From the NCBI GenBank assembly GCA_965225945.1, contig CBDDBZ010000039.1:64001-128000 (forward strand): a DNA stretch of 64,000 bases. The letters are read 5' to 3'. The DNA is from Alphaproteobacteria bacterium. Its GTDB lineage: Bacteria > Pseudomonadota > Alphaproteobacteria > GCA-2731375. The notes beneath the pieces were generated by a model. It saw nothing but the letters and a program-made list of their open reading frames with translations. It searched no databases and had not been told where the DNA came from. Each line of letters opens with the position of its first letter. The stretch's first letter is position 1. Below are positions 30,525 through 41,942 of this stretch, in pieces. A program made the position numbers and the translations under genes.

Positions 30525-31022
30525 GAAGTGACCCGTTTGCCAGGCCGAGCCGATTCCTTCGATGCCGTGGCGCCATGTTTGGGTCGCCAGTCGGTTTGCA
30601 TCTGCTGACCGGCGAGACACACCCGCAGAAGTTCGCGAACATGCTGAACGCGTTGACCGATGGCCGTCGAACGCCGGCCATGATCGTCGCGCGGAAGGCG
30701 TAGGGACACGCGCTTCCGCCGGTCAGCCGGCAGTCTGGTGGCTCAGCTGGCGGCCTCGACCACGACCCGTCCACGACCACGGCGCACAGTGTATCGACCG
30801 CGTGGGAGGCTCTTGATAGTCCGGTCCTCGATCAGGCCCATCACCGCCTCAGCGATAGATTTCGCAGTCTTGTCGGTCGGGGGAGCCTTGGTGGCCGCAG
30901 GGCGCGATCTATGCCACTCGACAAATGCCTTGGTGCCGAGATCATCTCCGATGGACTTGCGCAAGGCGCTCAACTTACGGACTTCCATCTTGGTGAGGTT
31001 GGACTCGTCGAGGCTGGGCTTA

Positions 31023-32193
31023 TACCAATCGGCATTAATCAGAACTTATGCGCCCATTTACGCCGCCCGATGGACGTGATGTTCCATGGTTGATCGATGA
31101 GCTTGTTCCAGGCTTCGCAGCAGGAGGTGATGATCTGCTCGTCGGATTGGAAGACCAAGTTGGACAGCCAGTTGTCGCGCATGAACTGCCAGATGTTTTC
31201 GGTCGGATTGAGCTCCGGCGAGCGTGGTGGCAGGGGCAGGAGGGTAACGTTGGCGGGGATCTTCAGCTTGTCCGTGGTGTGCCAACCCGCCTGATCGAGG
31301 AGCAGGAGGGCATGCGCGCGCGCGCCTACCCGGGAGGAGATCTCCTCCAGATGCAGCTGCATGGCCTGGGTGTCGCAGTGGGGGAGCACGAGGGCGGCGC
31401 CGACGCCGCGTTCGGGACAGATGGCGCCGAAGATATAGGCTGATTTGGTGCGCTGGTCATGCGGTGCGCGGGGCCGGGTTCCGCGCCGCGCCCAGCGCCG
31501 AGTGATCTTGTTCTTCTGGCCGACACGGGCTTCGTCCTGCCACCAGATTTCTATCTCGGTGCCGTCGGGCAGGCGCCGGCGGGCTTGTGCCACCAGCTCG
31601 GGGAATTTTTTTTAAAATCCTCGATGACGCCCTCCTCCTGGGCATGGTGGCGCGGACGCGCCGTCATCTTCGTGAAGCCCATCGCCTTCAATTCCCGGCT
31701 CACCGTGGTCTCGTCGAGCGAGATCGCGAACATATCCCGGATCCAGCCCGCCAGATCCTTCAGCCGCCAGCGCACCACGCCGTCGACCGCCGGGTTCGGC
31801 CCCGCATCGACGCGTGCCCCCAGCGCCTGGCGTTGTGCATCGTCGAGCTTCGCCACCGCACCGGGCGCCTTGCGATCGATCAAGCCGTCCGGGCCCTCGG
31901 CGTTGAAATGCAACACCCAATCTCGGATCACCTGAAGCCCCACGTGGCCGGTCCGTGCCGCATCCGTCCGCCGCCCACCGTCATAGATCACCGCGAGAGC
32001 CAAGAGCCGGCGGCTCTGGCCGGCATCCTTGGAAAGCTTCGCCAAGCGACGCAGCTCCGCCGCATCGAAATCCTCTCGTAACCCGATCGCCGCTCCCATG
32101 GTGAACCTCCTCAACTCCGAATCACCGGAATTGAGTCAGAAATCATCCACCATGGGAATCCTCAAAGTGAGTCTCCCTCAAGGCCAATTGGTA
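31023..32193 (-). mobile_element. IS630-family element, copy 2
   Basis: Near-identical to copy 1; TTA TSD. Confidence 0.93.
31039..32099 (-). CDS. IS630 transposase (-1 frameshift at TTTTAAAAAAAA)
   Basis: orfA ..EDFKKN and orfB ..PELVAQ in the -1 frame. Confidence 0.87.
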
Positions 32194-32353
32194 TTACGGG
32201 CCATGGTGAGCATTCCGTTGTTTGTTGAGTTGATGGACTTGCTTATCTGTTTCCCCGAGGTTCGGCAAGGCGGTGGCCGCATCCAATTCGAGCACGTGCG
32301 AGAGCCGCAAGGGATTGAGCAACCTGATGTGTGGAAATTCGGAACGCCGTTGA

Positions 32354-33565
32354 TCAGTCATCCTCTGCTTTCCAAGTGATGTAGGGTTTTTCGGTGGTTT
32401 CCCATTTCTCGTCGATTTCGACGAGGATGGCGGTGACCAGACGTTCGAGCGAGGCCTCGTTGGGAAAGACCCTGACCTTTACGGTGCGGCGCTTGATCTC
32501 CTGCTGGATGGATCGCTCCATGGGGTTCGAGGTTCGCATGCGCTTTTGGTGGCGCTCGGGCAGGGCGAAGACGGCGAGGCCCTCGGGGATCGCCGTCTCC
32601 AGCCAATCGGCGAGCTTGGGGGCGCTATCGCGGTAGGCCGCCACCAGATGGCCCAGCTCGGCCTCGGCGGCCTTGCCGTCGGCGGCGTTCCAGACCCGGC
32701 GCAGCTCCTTGCCGATGGCCTTTCGGATGGCGAGGTTGGGGGCGTGATGGATGGCGTTTTGAGCCAGATGGTACTGACAGCGCTGCCAGACGGCGCCGCC
32801 GAGGACGGCCTTGCGCGCGGCGCCGAGGCCTGGATGATCATCGGAAACGATATAGGCGACACCGCGCATGCCACGGGCAACCAGGGTCTCCAGGAAGGCG
32901 CGCCAGTGCACTTCGGCCTCGGAGAGCGCACAGGAAACACCGAGCACCCGGCGGCGCTGGTCGGGGCCGATGCCGATCACCGAGAGCACGGCGGCGTCGC
33001 GCACCACGCCACCCTCTCGGACTTTCTCATAGCGCGCGTCGAGGAGCAGGTAGCGGATCTCGCCCAGCGGCCGGTTGCGCCAGGCATCCAGCTCCCCATC
33101 CAAGAGCTTGGCGGCGCGGCTGACCTGGCTCGACGACAGGCTCTCCAGGCCGAACTCGCGCATCACCGCCTCGGCGTCACGGGTGGAGACGCCTTTGATA
33201 TACATCTCCGCCACGGCCAGCATGACAGCGCGGCAGGAGCGCCGTCCGCGCTCCAGGGCTTGGGGGTAAAAAGGCGCCTCATGACCGGCGGTCTTGGGAA
33301 CCTCGAGCCTCACCGTACCGGCCGGGGTGTCGATCTTCTTGGGTCTGGTGCCGTTGGCGTATCCCCGCCGCTCGGGCGTGCGCTCATAGTGGCCGGCGCC
33401 CAAGAACCTCTCCCGCTCGATCCGCATGGCGAGATTGAAAAGGCCGGCGAAGACCGTCGCCATGTTCTCGCTACCGCCTTCGATCAATTGTTCCACCAAA
33501 GCCTCGACAGCGCTATCCTGGTCTTTCCGCATACTGGTTCTCCATGTTTGTTTGGACGCTTTCAT
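32354..33565 (-). CDS. IS256 (Mutator) transposase
   Basis: GVSTR, LDARYEKVR, SDDH.GL, QRCQYH, RTSN..ER. Confidence 0.93.
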   Translation of the reverse strand: MKASKQTWRTSMRKDQDSAVEALVEQLIEGGSENMATVFAGLFNLAMRIERERFLGAGHYERTPERRGYANGTRPKKIDTPAGTVRLEVPKTAGHEAPFYPQALERGRRSCRAVMLAVAEMYIKGVSTRDAEAVMREFGLESLSSSQVSRAAKLLDGELDAWRNRPLGEIRYLLLDARYEKVREGGVVRDAAVLSVIGIGPDQRRRVLGVSCALSEAEVHWRAFLETLVARGMRGVAYIVSDDHPGLGAARKAVLGGAVWQRCQYHLAQNAIHHAPNLAIRKAIGKELRRVWNAADGKAAEAELGHLVAAYRDSAPKLADWLETAIPEGLAVFALPERHQKRMRTSNPMERSIQQEIKRRTVKVRVFPNEASLERLVTAILVEIDEKWETTEKPYITWKAEDD

Positions 33566-33584
33566 GGATAACCAAAATGACGGA

Positions 33585-33620
33585 TCGCCCCGCGCCGGGG
33601 TATACCCCGGCGCGGGGCGA
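33585..33620. repeat. Perfect 36-bp palindrome inside IS256, upstream of the transposase
   Basis: TCGCCCCGCGCCGGGGTA|TACCCCGGCGCGGGGCGA. Confidence 0.95.
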
Positions 33621-33653
33621 AGCCAAATTTCCAGACCTCACGCTACACAAGCC

Positions 33654-34771
33654 GGCGGGGTCAGAAAGCTCGGCGTGCCTTGCGTCGTCGACAGACTGAT
33701 CCAGCAAGCCCTGTTGCAGGTCCTTCAACCGCGTTGGGATTCGACGTTTTCCGAGCACAGCTACGGCTTCCGTCCGGGGCGCTCCGCCCATCAGGCCGTC
33801 GCCCAAGCGCAACGTCATGTCGCCGAGGGCTATGGCGTCGTGGTCGATCTCGATCTCGAAAAATTTTTCGACCGGGTGAACCACGACAGCTTGATGGCGC
33901 GGGTCGCCGCGCGGCTGTCCGATAAGCGGGTGCTCAAGCTTATCCGGGCCTTCTTGAAGGCCGGGGTGATGGAAAACGGCTTGGTCAGCCCAGTGGACGA
34001 GGGGACCCCGCAAGGCGGTCCGCTTTCGCCCCTCCTCAGCAATCTCGTGCTCGACGACCTCGACAAGGAGCTGGAACGCCGCGGCCACCGCTTCTGCCGT
34101 TATGCCGATGACTGCAACATCTATGTTCGCAGTCACCGCGCCGGCCAGCGGGTCATGGCCTCGGTGAGCCGGTTCCTGACCAAGAAGCTGCGGCTGAAGG
34201 TCAACGAGGCCAAGAGTGCGGTGGCGCGACCGGAGGCGCGCAAGTTCCTGGGCTTCAGCATCTCGAACGATGGGAGCGAGCGGCGCATCGCGCCACAAGC
34301 GCTCAAGAAGTTCAAGACGCGGATCCGGGACCTCACCCGCCGGACACGGGGGCTCAGCCTCGAGCAGGTGATCGAAGAACTGGCACCATACCTGATCGGT
34401 TGGCGCGGCTATTTCGGTTTCTGCCAGACCCCCCGCGTGCTCACCCATCTGGAAGCCTGGATCCGCCGAAGACTACGAATGTATCTTTGGCGGCAATGGC
34501 GGAACGGGCAAAACCGCTTCAAGGAACTGCGCCGTCGTGGCGTCCCAAAGTTCAATGCAGCGGTCGCAGCCGGTTCACCGACCGGGTTCTGGCGCATGTC
34601 CGGACACCCGGCGGTCCAAATGGCCCTGCGAAACCACGCTTTCGACTCATTCGGTCTCCCCAGACTCCATGTCTCTGCCCATGCTTAACCCGGTCGAACC
34701 GCCGAGGTACGTGACCCGTATGCCAGGTGGTGTGGGAGGGGCGGCGCCGCGAGGCGCCCCCCTATCCCGAT
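33654..34771 (+). mobile_element. 5'-truncated group IIC intron (RT remnant 33654-34688 plus DV/DVI)
   Basis: GGVRKLG, GTPQGGPLSPLL, RYADD; DV GAACCGCCG..; ends CCTATCCCGAT. Confidence 0.88.
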
Positions 34772-34835
34772 CGTTGACCCAAAGGAGACCTCATGCGCAT
34801 TTTCTCGTTGATCCTAAAGCGCGTTGAATTTCCTC

Positions 34836-35263
34836 GTCAGCGTCATGGCGGGATCACCCTGTTGATGAGCGGCGCAACGTGGTGAGTTTGCCTTCCAGGG
34901 AATTGGGAGGTGGCTATGGACGAAGTGCACCATACGACTGACAGCAAGCTCGCGGCGTTTCATGAAGTGACGGTCATCGACGGTTCGGCGCGGCGGCGGC
35001 GTTGGTCGGCCGAGGAGAAGGCGCGGATCGTATCCGAGAGCCTGGACCCGGCGGTGAGCGTTTCCGCCGTGGCGCAACGCCATGGCCTCAATCCCAATCA
35101 GCTCTATGGCTGGCGGCGTCAATTTCGCCAAGAGGCGGTGCAGCGCCATGCGGCGGCGAGTGGAACTACGCCGCTACCCTCGACAAAGCCGCATAGCCCC
35201 CGTCAATCGTGTCCGGCCCGCGACGCTAACATCTCCTCTGTCATCCTCACTCTGCTAGTCTAG
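34836..35263 (+). pseudogene. IS66 left end and truncated TnpA
   Basis: GTCAGCGTC end; RRRRWSAEEKARIV.ES..SVSAVA..HGLNPNQLYGWRR; tnpB and tnpC absent. Confidence 0.7.
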
Positions 35264-35285
35264 GTCGTGGAGGGAGCTATCGCAG

Positions 35286-35458
35286 ATGGCGGACGATATT
35301 CGTCAGTGGTTGGAAGAGCTCGGACTCGGCAAGTATGTTGAACTTTTCGCCGAGAATGATATCGACTTGGTCGCCCTGCCGCACATTACCGAAGAAGACC
35401 TGAAGGAACTCGGCGTCACGCTTGGCGCTCGTCGTAAGATATTGTTAAGCGTTCTCGG
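35286..35458 (+). pseudogene. SAM-domain N-terminus (probably an adenylate-cyclase-type protein), truncated
   Basis: DIRQWLEELGLGKY..LFAENDID..L..L..LGV.LG.RRK, cut by mobile DNA. Confidence 0.75.
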
Positions 35459-35524
35459 TGAGTCGGACCCGATTTCCTTGGACACAGAATTGGCTTAATC
35501 GAAGTGTCCAAGGAGGACCGGAAC

Positions 35525-35935
35525 ATGACCGACAATTTTGAGAACAAAGTTGCTGTTGATGGGCCTGTGGTAAACGAGGGCGAGCTTGGCTCGTCCACGT
35601 TTTCCCCGGGCCAGGTTTCGCCGGCAGGCCCGCTGGGACTTGGCCAGCGGTGGACGGTGACGCGCAAGCGTGAGGTTGCCCTGCGGCTTTTGCGTGGCGA
35701 GCCGGTGGAACTTTTGTCGCGGCAGTTGGGCGTGGAGATTTTCCGGCTCGAGCAGTGGCGTGAGAAGGCGATCGCCGGGATCGATGCCTCGCTCAAGGAA
35801 CGCAAGGGCGATCCGGTAAAGGCGGAACTGGACATCGCCATGAAGCGGATCGGGGAGTTGATCATGCAGGTGGAACTGCTGGAGGCCAAGACGGAGACGT
35901 CCGGCCCTTTGGGGCGGCGGAGGTCGCGGCGATGA
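35525..35935 (+). CDS. IS3-like transposase OrfA (HTH)
   Basis: RWTVTRKREVALRLLRGE..LSRQLGV..LEQWR. Confidence 0.8.
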   Translation: MTDNFENKVAVDGPVVNEGELGSSTFSPGQVSPAGPLGLGQRWTVTRKREVALRLLRGEPVELLSRQLGVEIFRLEQWREKAIAGIDASLKERKGDPVKAELDIAMKRIGELIMQVELLEAKTETSGPLGRRRSRR

Positions 35936-36843
35936 GTGCCGCCACCTCTCCCGGCACGGGTTTGGCCTACGGCCTCCAGCGGGTCTGTGCGGCCTGGGGT
36001 TTTGCCCGTTCCTCGTTCTACGCCATGAAATCCCGGCAGCAGGCCACCGCTGAGCGCCCACCAGCAAAGCGCCGGGGACCGAAGCCCTCGATCTCGGACG
36101 AGGCTCTGCTGGTGGCCATCGAGGCCGACCTGGAGGCATCCCCCTGGGAGGGCGAGGGACACCGCAAGGTCTGGGCTCGGCTTCGGGTCTGTCGTGGCAT
36201 CCGTGTTTCCCGCAAGCGGGTGCTCCGGGTGATGCGCGAGAACAACCTGCTCTCGCCCCATCGCTGCCGCCGCCGTGGCGGAAATCCCCATGTCGGTGAG
36301 ATCATCACCCATGCCCCCAACCTCATGTGGGGCACGGACGGCGTTCGGGTGTTCACGGTGGACGACGGCTGGGGCTGGATATTCACCGCCATCGAGCATT
36401 GGAACGCCGAGTGCGTCGGCTGGCATGTGTGCAAGCGAGGCGACCGCTTCGCCGCCCTTCAGCCGATCTCCATGGGGCTTGCGAGGCTGTATGCCTCGAC
36501 CTCCGCCGGTGCGGCGCGGGGGCTGGCCTTGCGGATGGATCACGGCTCCCAGTATCTGTCGGACCACTTCACCAACCAGATCAAGTTCTGGGGCATCCAG
36601 CCGTCCTACGCCTTCGTCGAACAGCCCCAGACCAACGGCGTCGCCGAGAGGTTCAATCGCACGCTCAAGGAACAGATCATCCATGGCCGCATCTACCGCA
36701 ACATCGCGGAGCTGCGGAACGCCGTCCGCGGGTTCGTCGAACAGTACAATGCCCAGTGGATCGTGGAGAAGAACGGCTACCTGAGCCCCGCTCAAGCTCG
36801 TCAGGCGTGGCACACCGCGATGTCACTCAGGCCCGCCGCATGA
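35932..36843 (+). CDS. IS3-like transposase OrfB (rve DDE)
   Basis: G.RKV, PNLMWGTD, DHGSQY, NGVAERF; ATGA overlap with OrfA. Confidence 0.9.
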   Translation: MSAATSPGTGLAYGLQRVCAAWGFARSSFYAMKSRQQATAERPPAKRRGPKPSISDEALLVAIEADLEASPWEGEGHRKVWARLRVCRGIRVSRKRVLRVMRENNLLSPHRCRRRGGNPHVGEIITHAPNLMWGTDGVRVFTVDDGWGWIFTAIEHWNAECVGWHVCKRGDRFAALQPISMGLARLYASTSAGAARGLALRMDHGSQYLSDHFTNQIKFWGIQPSYAFVEQPQTNGVAERFNRTLKEQIIHGRIYRNIAELRNAVRGFVEQYNAQWIVEKNGYLSPAQARQAWHTAMSLRPAA

Positions 36844-37765
36844 GACAAACTTGTGTCCAAGGAACCGGGTGCGATACATTAAGCGTTGTCGGACACCTGC
36901 CGAGGCGCAGGGGTTGCATCCGGCGGACTGGATCGGCAGGTGTCGGACAACGCTCAAGGGAGGAAACCGCGGGCAGGACTAGGCTCGGCGGTGCGGCACG
37001 CTCGGTCTATGGGGATTTGCGAGCGGCGGGCCAGCTTTCTCGGGTGGCCGGCGCTGCTGGATGGCTCGGATCTGATTGGCGACGACACCGGCAGGGTGGT
37101 TTGATGGCGACTTCGGGTCGATGCCGGCGGGTCTCGCAGGTGGTTCCCTGCGCGCTCGATGGTGTTGCGGCGAGCGGGATCGTGGCCGCGGGTGAGCGGC
37201 GGCAATAGCGTTATTCGAAGCGGTGTCGGTCATGCTGCCGTGGCCCTGGCCAGGGGCCGTGCACGGGGCGGGGCGCGTGGTTGGGCGCCGGCCTCGAAGC
37301 GCTCGATGACGATCATACGGCCGCCGCACTGCGGGCAGGGCTCTGAGAGGGACGGCGGTTCGGTATCATCGTCACTCGCGGCATCGTCGGCCTCACTCTC
37401 CGGTGCCGGCATGGCAAGCAGTTCGCGGGCAAGGGAGATGTTGCGGGTGCGACCGCCGTTGGCGAAGAGGCCGTAATGGCGGATGCGGTGAAAGCCCGAG
37501 GGCAGGACATGGAGGAGGAAGCGGCGGATGAACTCGGGCACGGCCAGGGGCAAGGTCTTGTAGCGCTCGCGTCCTTTGCGCCGGTAGTCCTTGTACTTGA
37601 AGATGACGCCTTGGCTGTCGCAGCTGACCAGGCGGCTGTTCGAGATGGCGTGTGGAACGGCGTGCAAAGTTGACCCCTGTTGAGGGGTGATCGGCGTCCA
37701 AATTTGACCCCCTGAGCCTGGCTAGTCCAAGTCACCTCGTTTTTGGGCGGACGAGGTGGTGGGGG

Positions 37766-39277
37766 ATGTTGGTCGTGGAGACGATAGCGCGGATCCGGCG
37801 GGAGTATTTCGTCAAGGGGAAGCCGATCAAGGAGATCGTGCGGGACGTGAAGGTCTCGGGCAACACGGTGCGCAAGGTGATCCGTTCGCAGGCGACGGCG
37901 TTCACCTACGACCGGCGGGTCCAGCCGATGCCGAAGCTGGGGCCGTGGACGGCCGAGCTGGAGCGGATGCTGGAGGCCAACGAGACCAAGTCGAAGCGGG
38001 AGCGGCTGACGCTGCTACGGATCTCCGAAGCCCTCGAGGGTCTGGGCTATGGCGGCGGCTACGACGCGGTGCGGCGCTACGCCAAGGCGTGGCGGTGGCG
38101 CCGTTCGGCATCGACGGCGCAGACCTATGTGCCGTTGGTGTTCTCGCCGGGCGAGGCCTATCAGTTCGACTGGAGCCACGAGTACGTGGTGCTGGCGGGG
38201 GTGACGACCAAGGTCAAGGTCGCGCACGTCCGGCTGTGCCACAGCCGAATGTTCTTCGTCCGCGCTTATCCGCGCGAGAGCCAGGAGATGGTGTTCGACG
38301 CCCACGACCGGGCATTCCGGCTGTTCCAGGGTGCCTGCCGGCGAGGCATCTACGACAACATGAAGACGGCGGTGCAGACCGTCCTCATCGGCAAGGAGCG
38401 CGCGTTCAACCGGCGCTTCGTGCAGATGTGTGGCCACTACCTGGTCGAACCGACAGCATGCACGCCGGGAGCGGGATGGGAGAAGGGGCAGGTCGAGAAC
38501 CAGGTCGGGATCATCCGCGGTCGGTTCTTCACCCCGCGGCTGCGCTTCAAGACCTACGACGAACTCAACGCCTGGCTCTTGGACCAGTGCGTCGCCTACG
38601 CCCGGCGTCATCCCCACCCGGTGTTCAAGGACAGGACTGTCTGGCAGGTGTTCGAGGACGAGCGTCCGTCCCTGGTCGGCTATCGCGGGCCGTTCGACGG
38701 CTTCCACGCGGTCCCGGCGTCGGTGTCGAAGACCTGCCTGGTGCGCTTCGACAGCAACAAGTACAGCGTGGCGGCGCGCGCCGTCGGCCGTCCGGTCGAG
38801 GTCCATGCCTACGCCGATCGCATCGTCATCCGCCAGGACGGCGAGATCGTCGCCGAGCATGCCCGGCGCTTCGGCCGCGACCAGACCGTCTATGACCCGT
38901 GGCACTACGTGCCCGTGCTGGCGAGGAAGCCCGGTGCGCTTCGTAACGGCGCGCCGTTCAAGGACTGGGCGCTGCCCGGCGCCCTGGGTCGCGTGCGCGT
39001 CCGGCTCGCCGGCCACGACGACGGCGACAGGCAGATGGTCGAGATCCTCACCGCCGTGCTGGCGGATGGGCTGGCGGCGGTGGAGGCCGCCTGTGCCGAG
39101 GCGCTCGCTGGCGGCGTGTGCAGCGCCGACGTCGTGCTCAACATCCTCAATCGTCGGCGCCAGCCGTCCGAGACGGCGCCGATCCCGACGCCCGCGAACC
39201 TGCGTCTTCGCTTTGAGCCGGTGGCCGATTGCACCCGCTACGACCGCTTGAGGGGGGTCGGCCATGGAGCGCCATGA
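37766..39277 (+). CDS. istA: IS21 transposase
   Basis: [23 protein letters not shown]. Confidence 0.93.
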   Translation: MLVVETIARIRREYFVKGKPIKEIVRDVKVSGNTVRKVIRSQATAFTYDRRVQPMPKLGPWTAELERMLEANETKSKRERLTLLRISEALEGLGYGGGYDAVRRYAKAWRWRRSASTAQTYVPLVFSPGEAYQFDWSHEYVVLAGVTTKVKVAHVRLCHSRMFFVRAYPRESQEMVFDAHDRAFRLFQGACRRGIYDNMKTAVQTVLIGKERAFNRRFVQMCGHYLVEPTACTPGAGWEKGQVENQVGIIRGRFFTPRLRFKTYDELNAWLLDQCVAYARRHPHPVFKDRTVWQVFEDERPSLVGYRGPFDGFHAVPASVSKTCLVRFDSNKYSVAARAVGRPVEVHAYADRIVIRQDGEIVAEHARRFGRDQTVYDPWHYVPVLARKPGALRNGAPFKDWALPGALGRVRVRLAGHDDGDRQMVEILTAVLADGLAAVEAACAEALAGGVCSADVVLNILNRRRQPSETAPIPTPANLRLRFEPVADCTRYDRLRGVGHGAP

Positions 39278-39992
39278 GGTCCTGGAGATGATGGCCGCAC
39301 TCAAGCTCGCCGGCATGCGCGACGCGTTCGACGAGGTGCTCGCCGACGGCCTCAAGCGCCAGCATCCGATGCAGCGAATCATCGGCGAGCTGTTGAAGGC
39401 CGAGATCGCCGACAAGCAGGCGCGATCCATCAAGTACCAGATGAGTGGCGCCAAGCTGCCGCTGGCCAAGGAGCTGGCCGACTTCGACTTCACCGACACC
39501 CCGGTCAACGAGCCGCTGGTCCGCGAGTTGGCGGTCGGCGGCTTCCTGGCCAACCAGCGCAACGCCGTGCTGATCGGCGGCACCGGCACCGGCAAGAGCC
39601 ATCTCGCCGTCGCCATCGCGCGGGCCTGCATCCGCGATGGCGCCCGGGGCCGCTTCTTCAACGTCGTCGACCTGGTCAACCGGCTCGAGGCCGAAGCCCG
39701 CGCCGGCCGCCAGGGCCGGCTCGCCGATCAGCTGGCCCGGCGCGACCTCGTCATCCTCGACGAGCTCGGCTACCTGCCCTTCGCCCAAACCGGAGGCCAG
39801 CTGCTGTTCCACCTCGTCAGCCGGCTCTACGAGCGCACCTCGATCATCGTCACCACCAACCTGACCTTCGGCGAATGGCCGTCCGTCTTCGGCGACGCCA
39901 AGATGACCACCGCGCTCCTCGATCGTCTGACGCACCACTGCGAGATCATCGAGACCGGAAACGACTCCTGGCGCTTCAAGAATCGGTCCTAA
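39264..39992 (+). CDS. istB: IS21 ATPase
   Basis: [20 protein letters not shown]. Confidence 0.93.
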   Translation: MERHEVLEMMAALKLAGMRDAFDEVLADGLKRQHPMQRIIGELLKAEIADKQARSIKYQMSGAKLPLAKELADFDFTDTPVNEPLVRELAVGGFLANQRNAVLIGGTGTGKSHLAVAIARACIRDGARGRFFNVVDLVNRLEAEARAGRQGRLADQLARRDLVILDELGYLPFAQTGGQLLFHLVSRLYERTSIIVTTNLTFGEWPSVFGDAKMTTALLDRLTHHCEIIETGNDSWRFKNRS

Positions 39993-41010
39993 AGGCAACC
40001 GATCCACCTGCCGCCCGGTCGCCCAGGTGGGCCCACAGGAACCTCCCACGCGCGGTCCGCCGCCAGCCGCGTGGTGGGCGCGTCGGCCCGCGCGCGGGCC
40101 CCTCCTATGGACTACCTGTACGACCTCCGCCGTGCATCCCCAAAGGGGTCAACATTGCACGCCGATAGGGGGTCAATGTTCAACGCCGATTGACAAGATG
40201 GCGACACGGTGGGTGTAGCGGGAGAGATAGGCGAGCACGGCCTCTGGTCCGCCGAAGGGCGGCTTGGCGTAGACGACCCATTCTTGTTTGCGCATCGGTG
40301 CGAGGAAGACACGGAAGGCCGCCGGCTCGGCGAGGCTGGTGTGGTCGGTGAAGAACTTCAGGCGCCCTGCCTCGTGGGCGGCGAGGAGCTTCTCGATGAA
40401 GAGGCGGCGGAAGAGGCGCGAGAGCACGCGGACGGGCAGGAAGAAGCCGGGCCGGCAAGAGATCCAACTGCTACCGTCAGGTGAGATTCCGCCACCCGGC
40501 ACGATCATGTGGATGTGGGGATGGTGGGTCATGGCCGAGCCCCAGGTGTGGAGCACGGCGGTGATGCCGATCTTGGCGCCGAGATGCTTGGGATCGGCGG
40601 CGATGGTGAGCATGGTCTCGGCGCTCGCCTTGAACAGGATATCGTAGATCACCGACTTGTTCTGATAGGCGATGTCGGCGATCGCCGCTGGCAGGGTGAA
40701 GACGAGATGGTAGTAGGGGACGGAGAGCAGTTCGGCCTCTCGCGCCGCCAGCCATTCGCGCGCGACCTGGCCTTGGCATTTGGGACAATGGCGGTTGCGA
40801 CAGGAATTGTAGGCGATGTGGTTCTGCCCGCAGTCCTCGCAGGCCGCGACATGACCGCCGAGCGCGGCGGTGCGGCAACACTCGATCGCCGACATGACCT
40901 TCAGTTGGCCGAGGCTCAGACGACCGGCCCGGGCCCGACGGAAGCCGGGCCCGTGGTCGCGGAAGATGTCCTGGACCTCGAGCGCGGGACGCGGCACCGA
41001 GGCCGCCGGC

Positions 41011-41916
41011 TCACTTCGGCGGCTTGCGCTTGGTCTTGGGCGTCGGCGGCTCGAGCAGGTCCAGTGGGCTCTTGGCGCGCCGCAAGGTGGTGCTGGCGAC
41101 CTGGGTGTAGTGAGCCGTGGTCTCCAGCTTCTTGTGCCCCAGTAGAACCTGGATCACGCGGATGTCGACGCCCTGTTCGAGGAGATGGGTGGCGAAGCAG
41201 TGGCGCAGCGTGTGAAGCGAGATCCGCTTCTCGATCCCCGCCCCCGCCTTGGCGCCATCGAGGGCGCGACGGAGCTGGCGGGTGGTCAACGGGTTGACCG
41301 GGTTCTGGCCTGGAAACAGCCAACCGCCGGGCAGCATCACGCCGCGGGCGCGGCCAAGCAACCACCAGACCCTGAGCTGCTCGACGGCGCGATCCGAGAG
41401 CATGGCGTAGCGATCTCGGCGGCCCTTACCTTGCTCGATGCGAAGCGTCTTGCGGTTGCTGTCGATGTCCGGGACCTTGAGATGGACCACCTCCGAAGCG
41501 CGCAGGCCGGCGCCATAGGCCAGCGAAAAGGCCGCCTTGTATTTGGGACCGGGGGCGGCATCGAGAAGCCGCGCCATTTCCTCGACGCTCAGGATCACCG
41601 GCAGCTTGCGCGGCATTGCCACCGTCGTCATGCCGATCTCGGCGTCGCCTCGGCCGAGCGTGACGCCGAAGAAGAACCGCAATGCCGAGACCGCCGCGTT
41701 CATCGTCGTCGCCGATGCGCCTGCTTTGCGCATATGCACTTGATAGCGCCTGAGATCCTCCGCCTCCGCCCGATCCGGAGAGCGTGCGAGAAAGTCGGAA
41801 AAGCCGGCCACCGCACTGATGTAGCCGCGCTGCGTGTTGGCACTGAAGCCGCGAAGCACCATGTCGTCGATCATGCGCTGGCGCAGCGGGCTGATGGTCT
41901 TGTCACTATCGGTCAT
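41011..41916 (-). CDS. Tyrosine recombinase of the IS91-like element
   Basis: GLRASE, KG..DR, HTLRH.FATH, LLGH..TT..Y. Confidence 0.92.
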   Translation of the reverse strand: MTDSDKTISPLRQRMIDDMVLRGFSANTQRGYISAVAGFSDFLARSPDRAEAEDLRRYQVHMRKAGASATTMNAAVSALRFFFGVTLGRGDAEIGMTTVAMPRKLPVILSVEEMARLLDAAPGPKYKAAFSLAYGAGLRASEVVHLKVPDIDSNRKTLRIEQGKGRRDRYAMLSDRAVEQLRVWWLLGRARGVMLPGGWLFPGQNPVNPLTTRQLRRALDGAKAGAGIEKRISLHTLRHCFATHLLEQGVDIRVIQVLLGHKKLETTAHYTQVASTTLRRAKSPLDLLEPPTPKTKRKPPK

Positions 41917-41942
41917 GGGTCTGCTCCCGTGTTGCGTGAGCT

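Larger units (their letters stand above)
30743..32204 (-). pseudogene. Small basic hypothetical protein split by IS630 copy 2
   Basis: Removing the IS gives MAR|KPSLDESNLTKMEVRKLSALRKSIGDDLG...RRGRGRVVVEAAS*. Confidence 0.75.
32312..33653 (-). mobile_element. IS256-family element without a TSD
   Basis: IRs GGATTGAGCAACCTGATGTGTGGAAATT / GGCTTGTGTAGCGTGAGGTCTGGAAATT; flanks differ. Confidence 0.88.
35459..36878 (+). mobile_element. IS3-like element
   Basis: TG...CA ends; IRs TGAGTCGGACCCGATTTCCTTGGACACA / TGTATCGCACCCGGTTCCTTGGACACA. Confidence 0.88.
37651..40195 (+). mobile_element. IS21-family element
   Basis: TGTGGAACGGCG../..CGCCGATTGACA ends with repeated TTGACCCC motifs; 8-bp TSD AGATGGCG. 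Confidence 0.93.
37230..40997 (-). pseudogene. IS91-family Y2 (HUH) transposase split by IS21
   Basis: CRT..LGG, SCRNRHCPKC, HTWG..HPHIH, YLSRYTHRVAI|SNSRL, HVLP.GFHRIRHYG. Confidence 0.9.

Noticed and set aside
5343-32193. Composite transposon bounded by IS630 copies
   Set aside because: Each copy has its own TSD and restores its own target gene, so the insertions are independent
28269-34771. Retron, DGR or defence RT
   Set aside because: Both RTs have group II maturase motifs followed by DV/DVI; no TR/VR pair or msr-msd was seen
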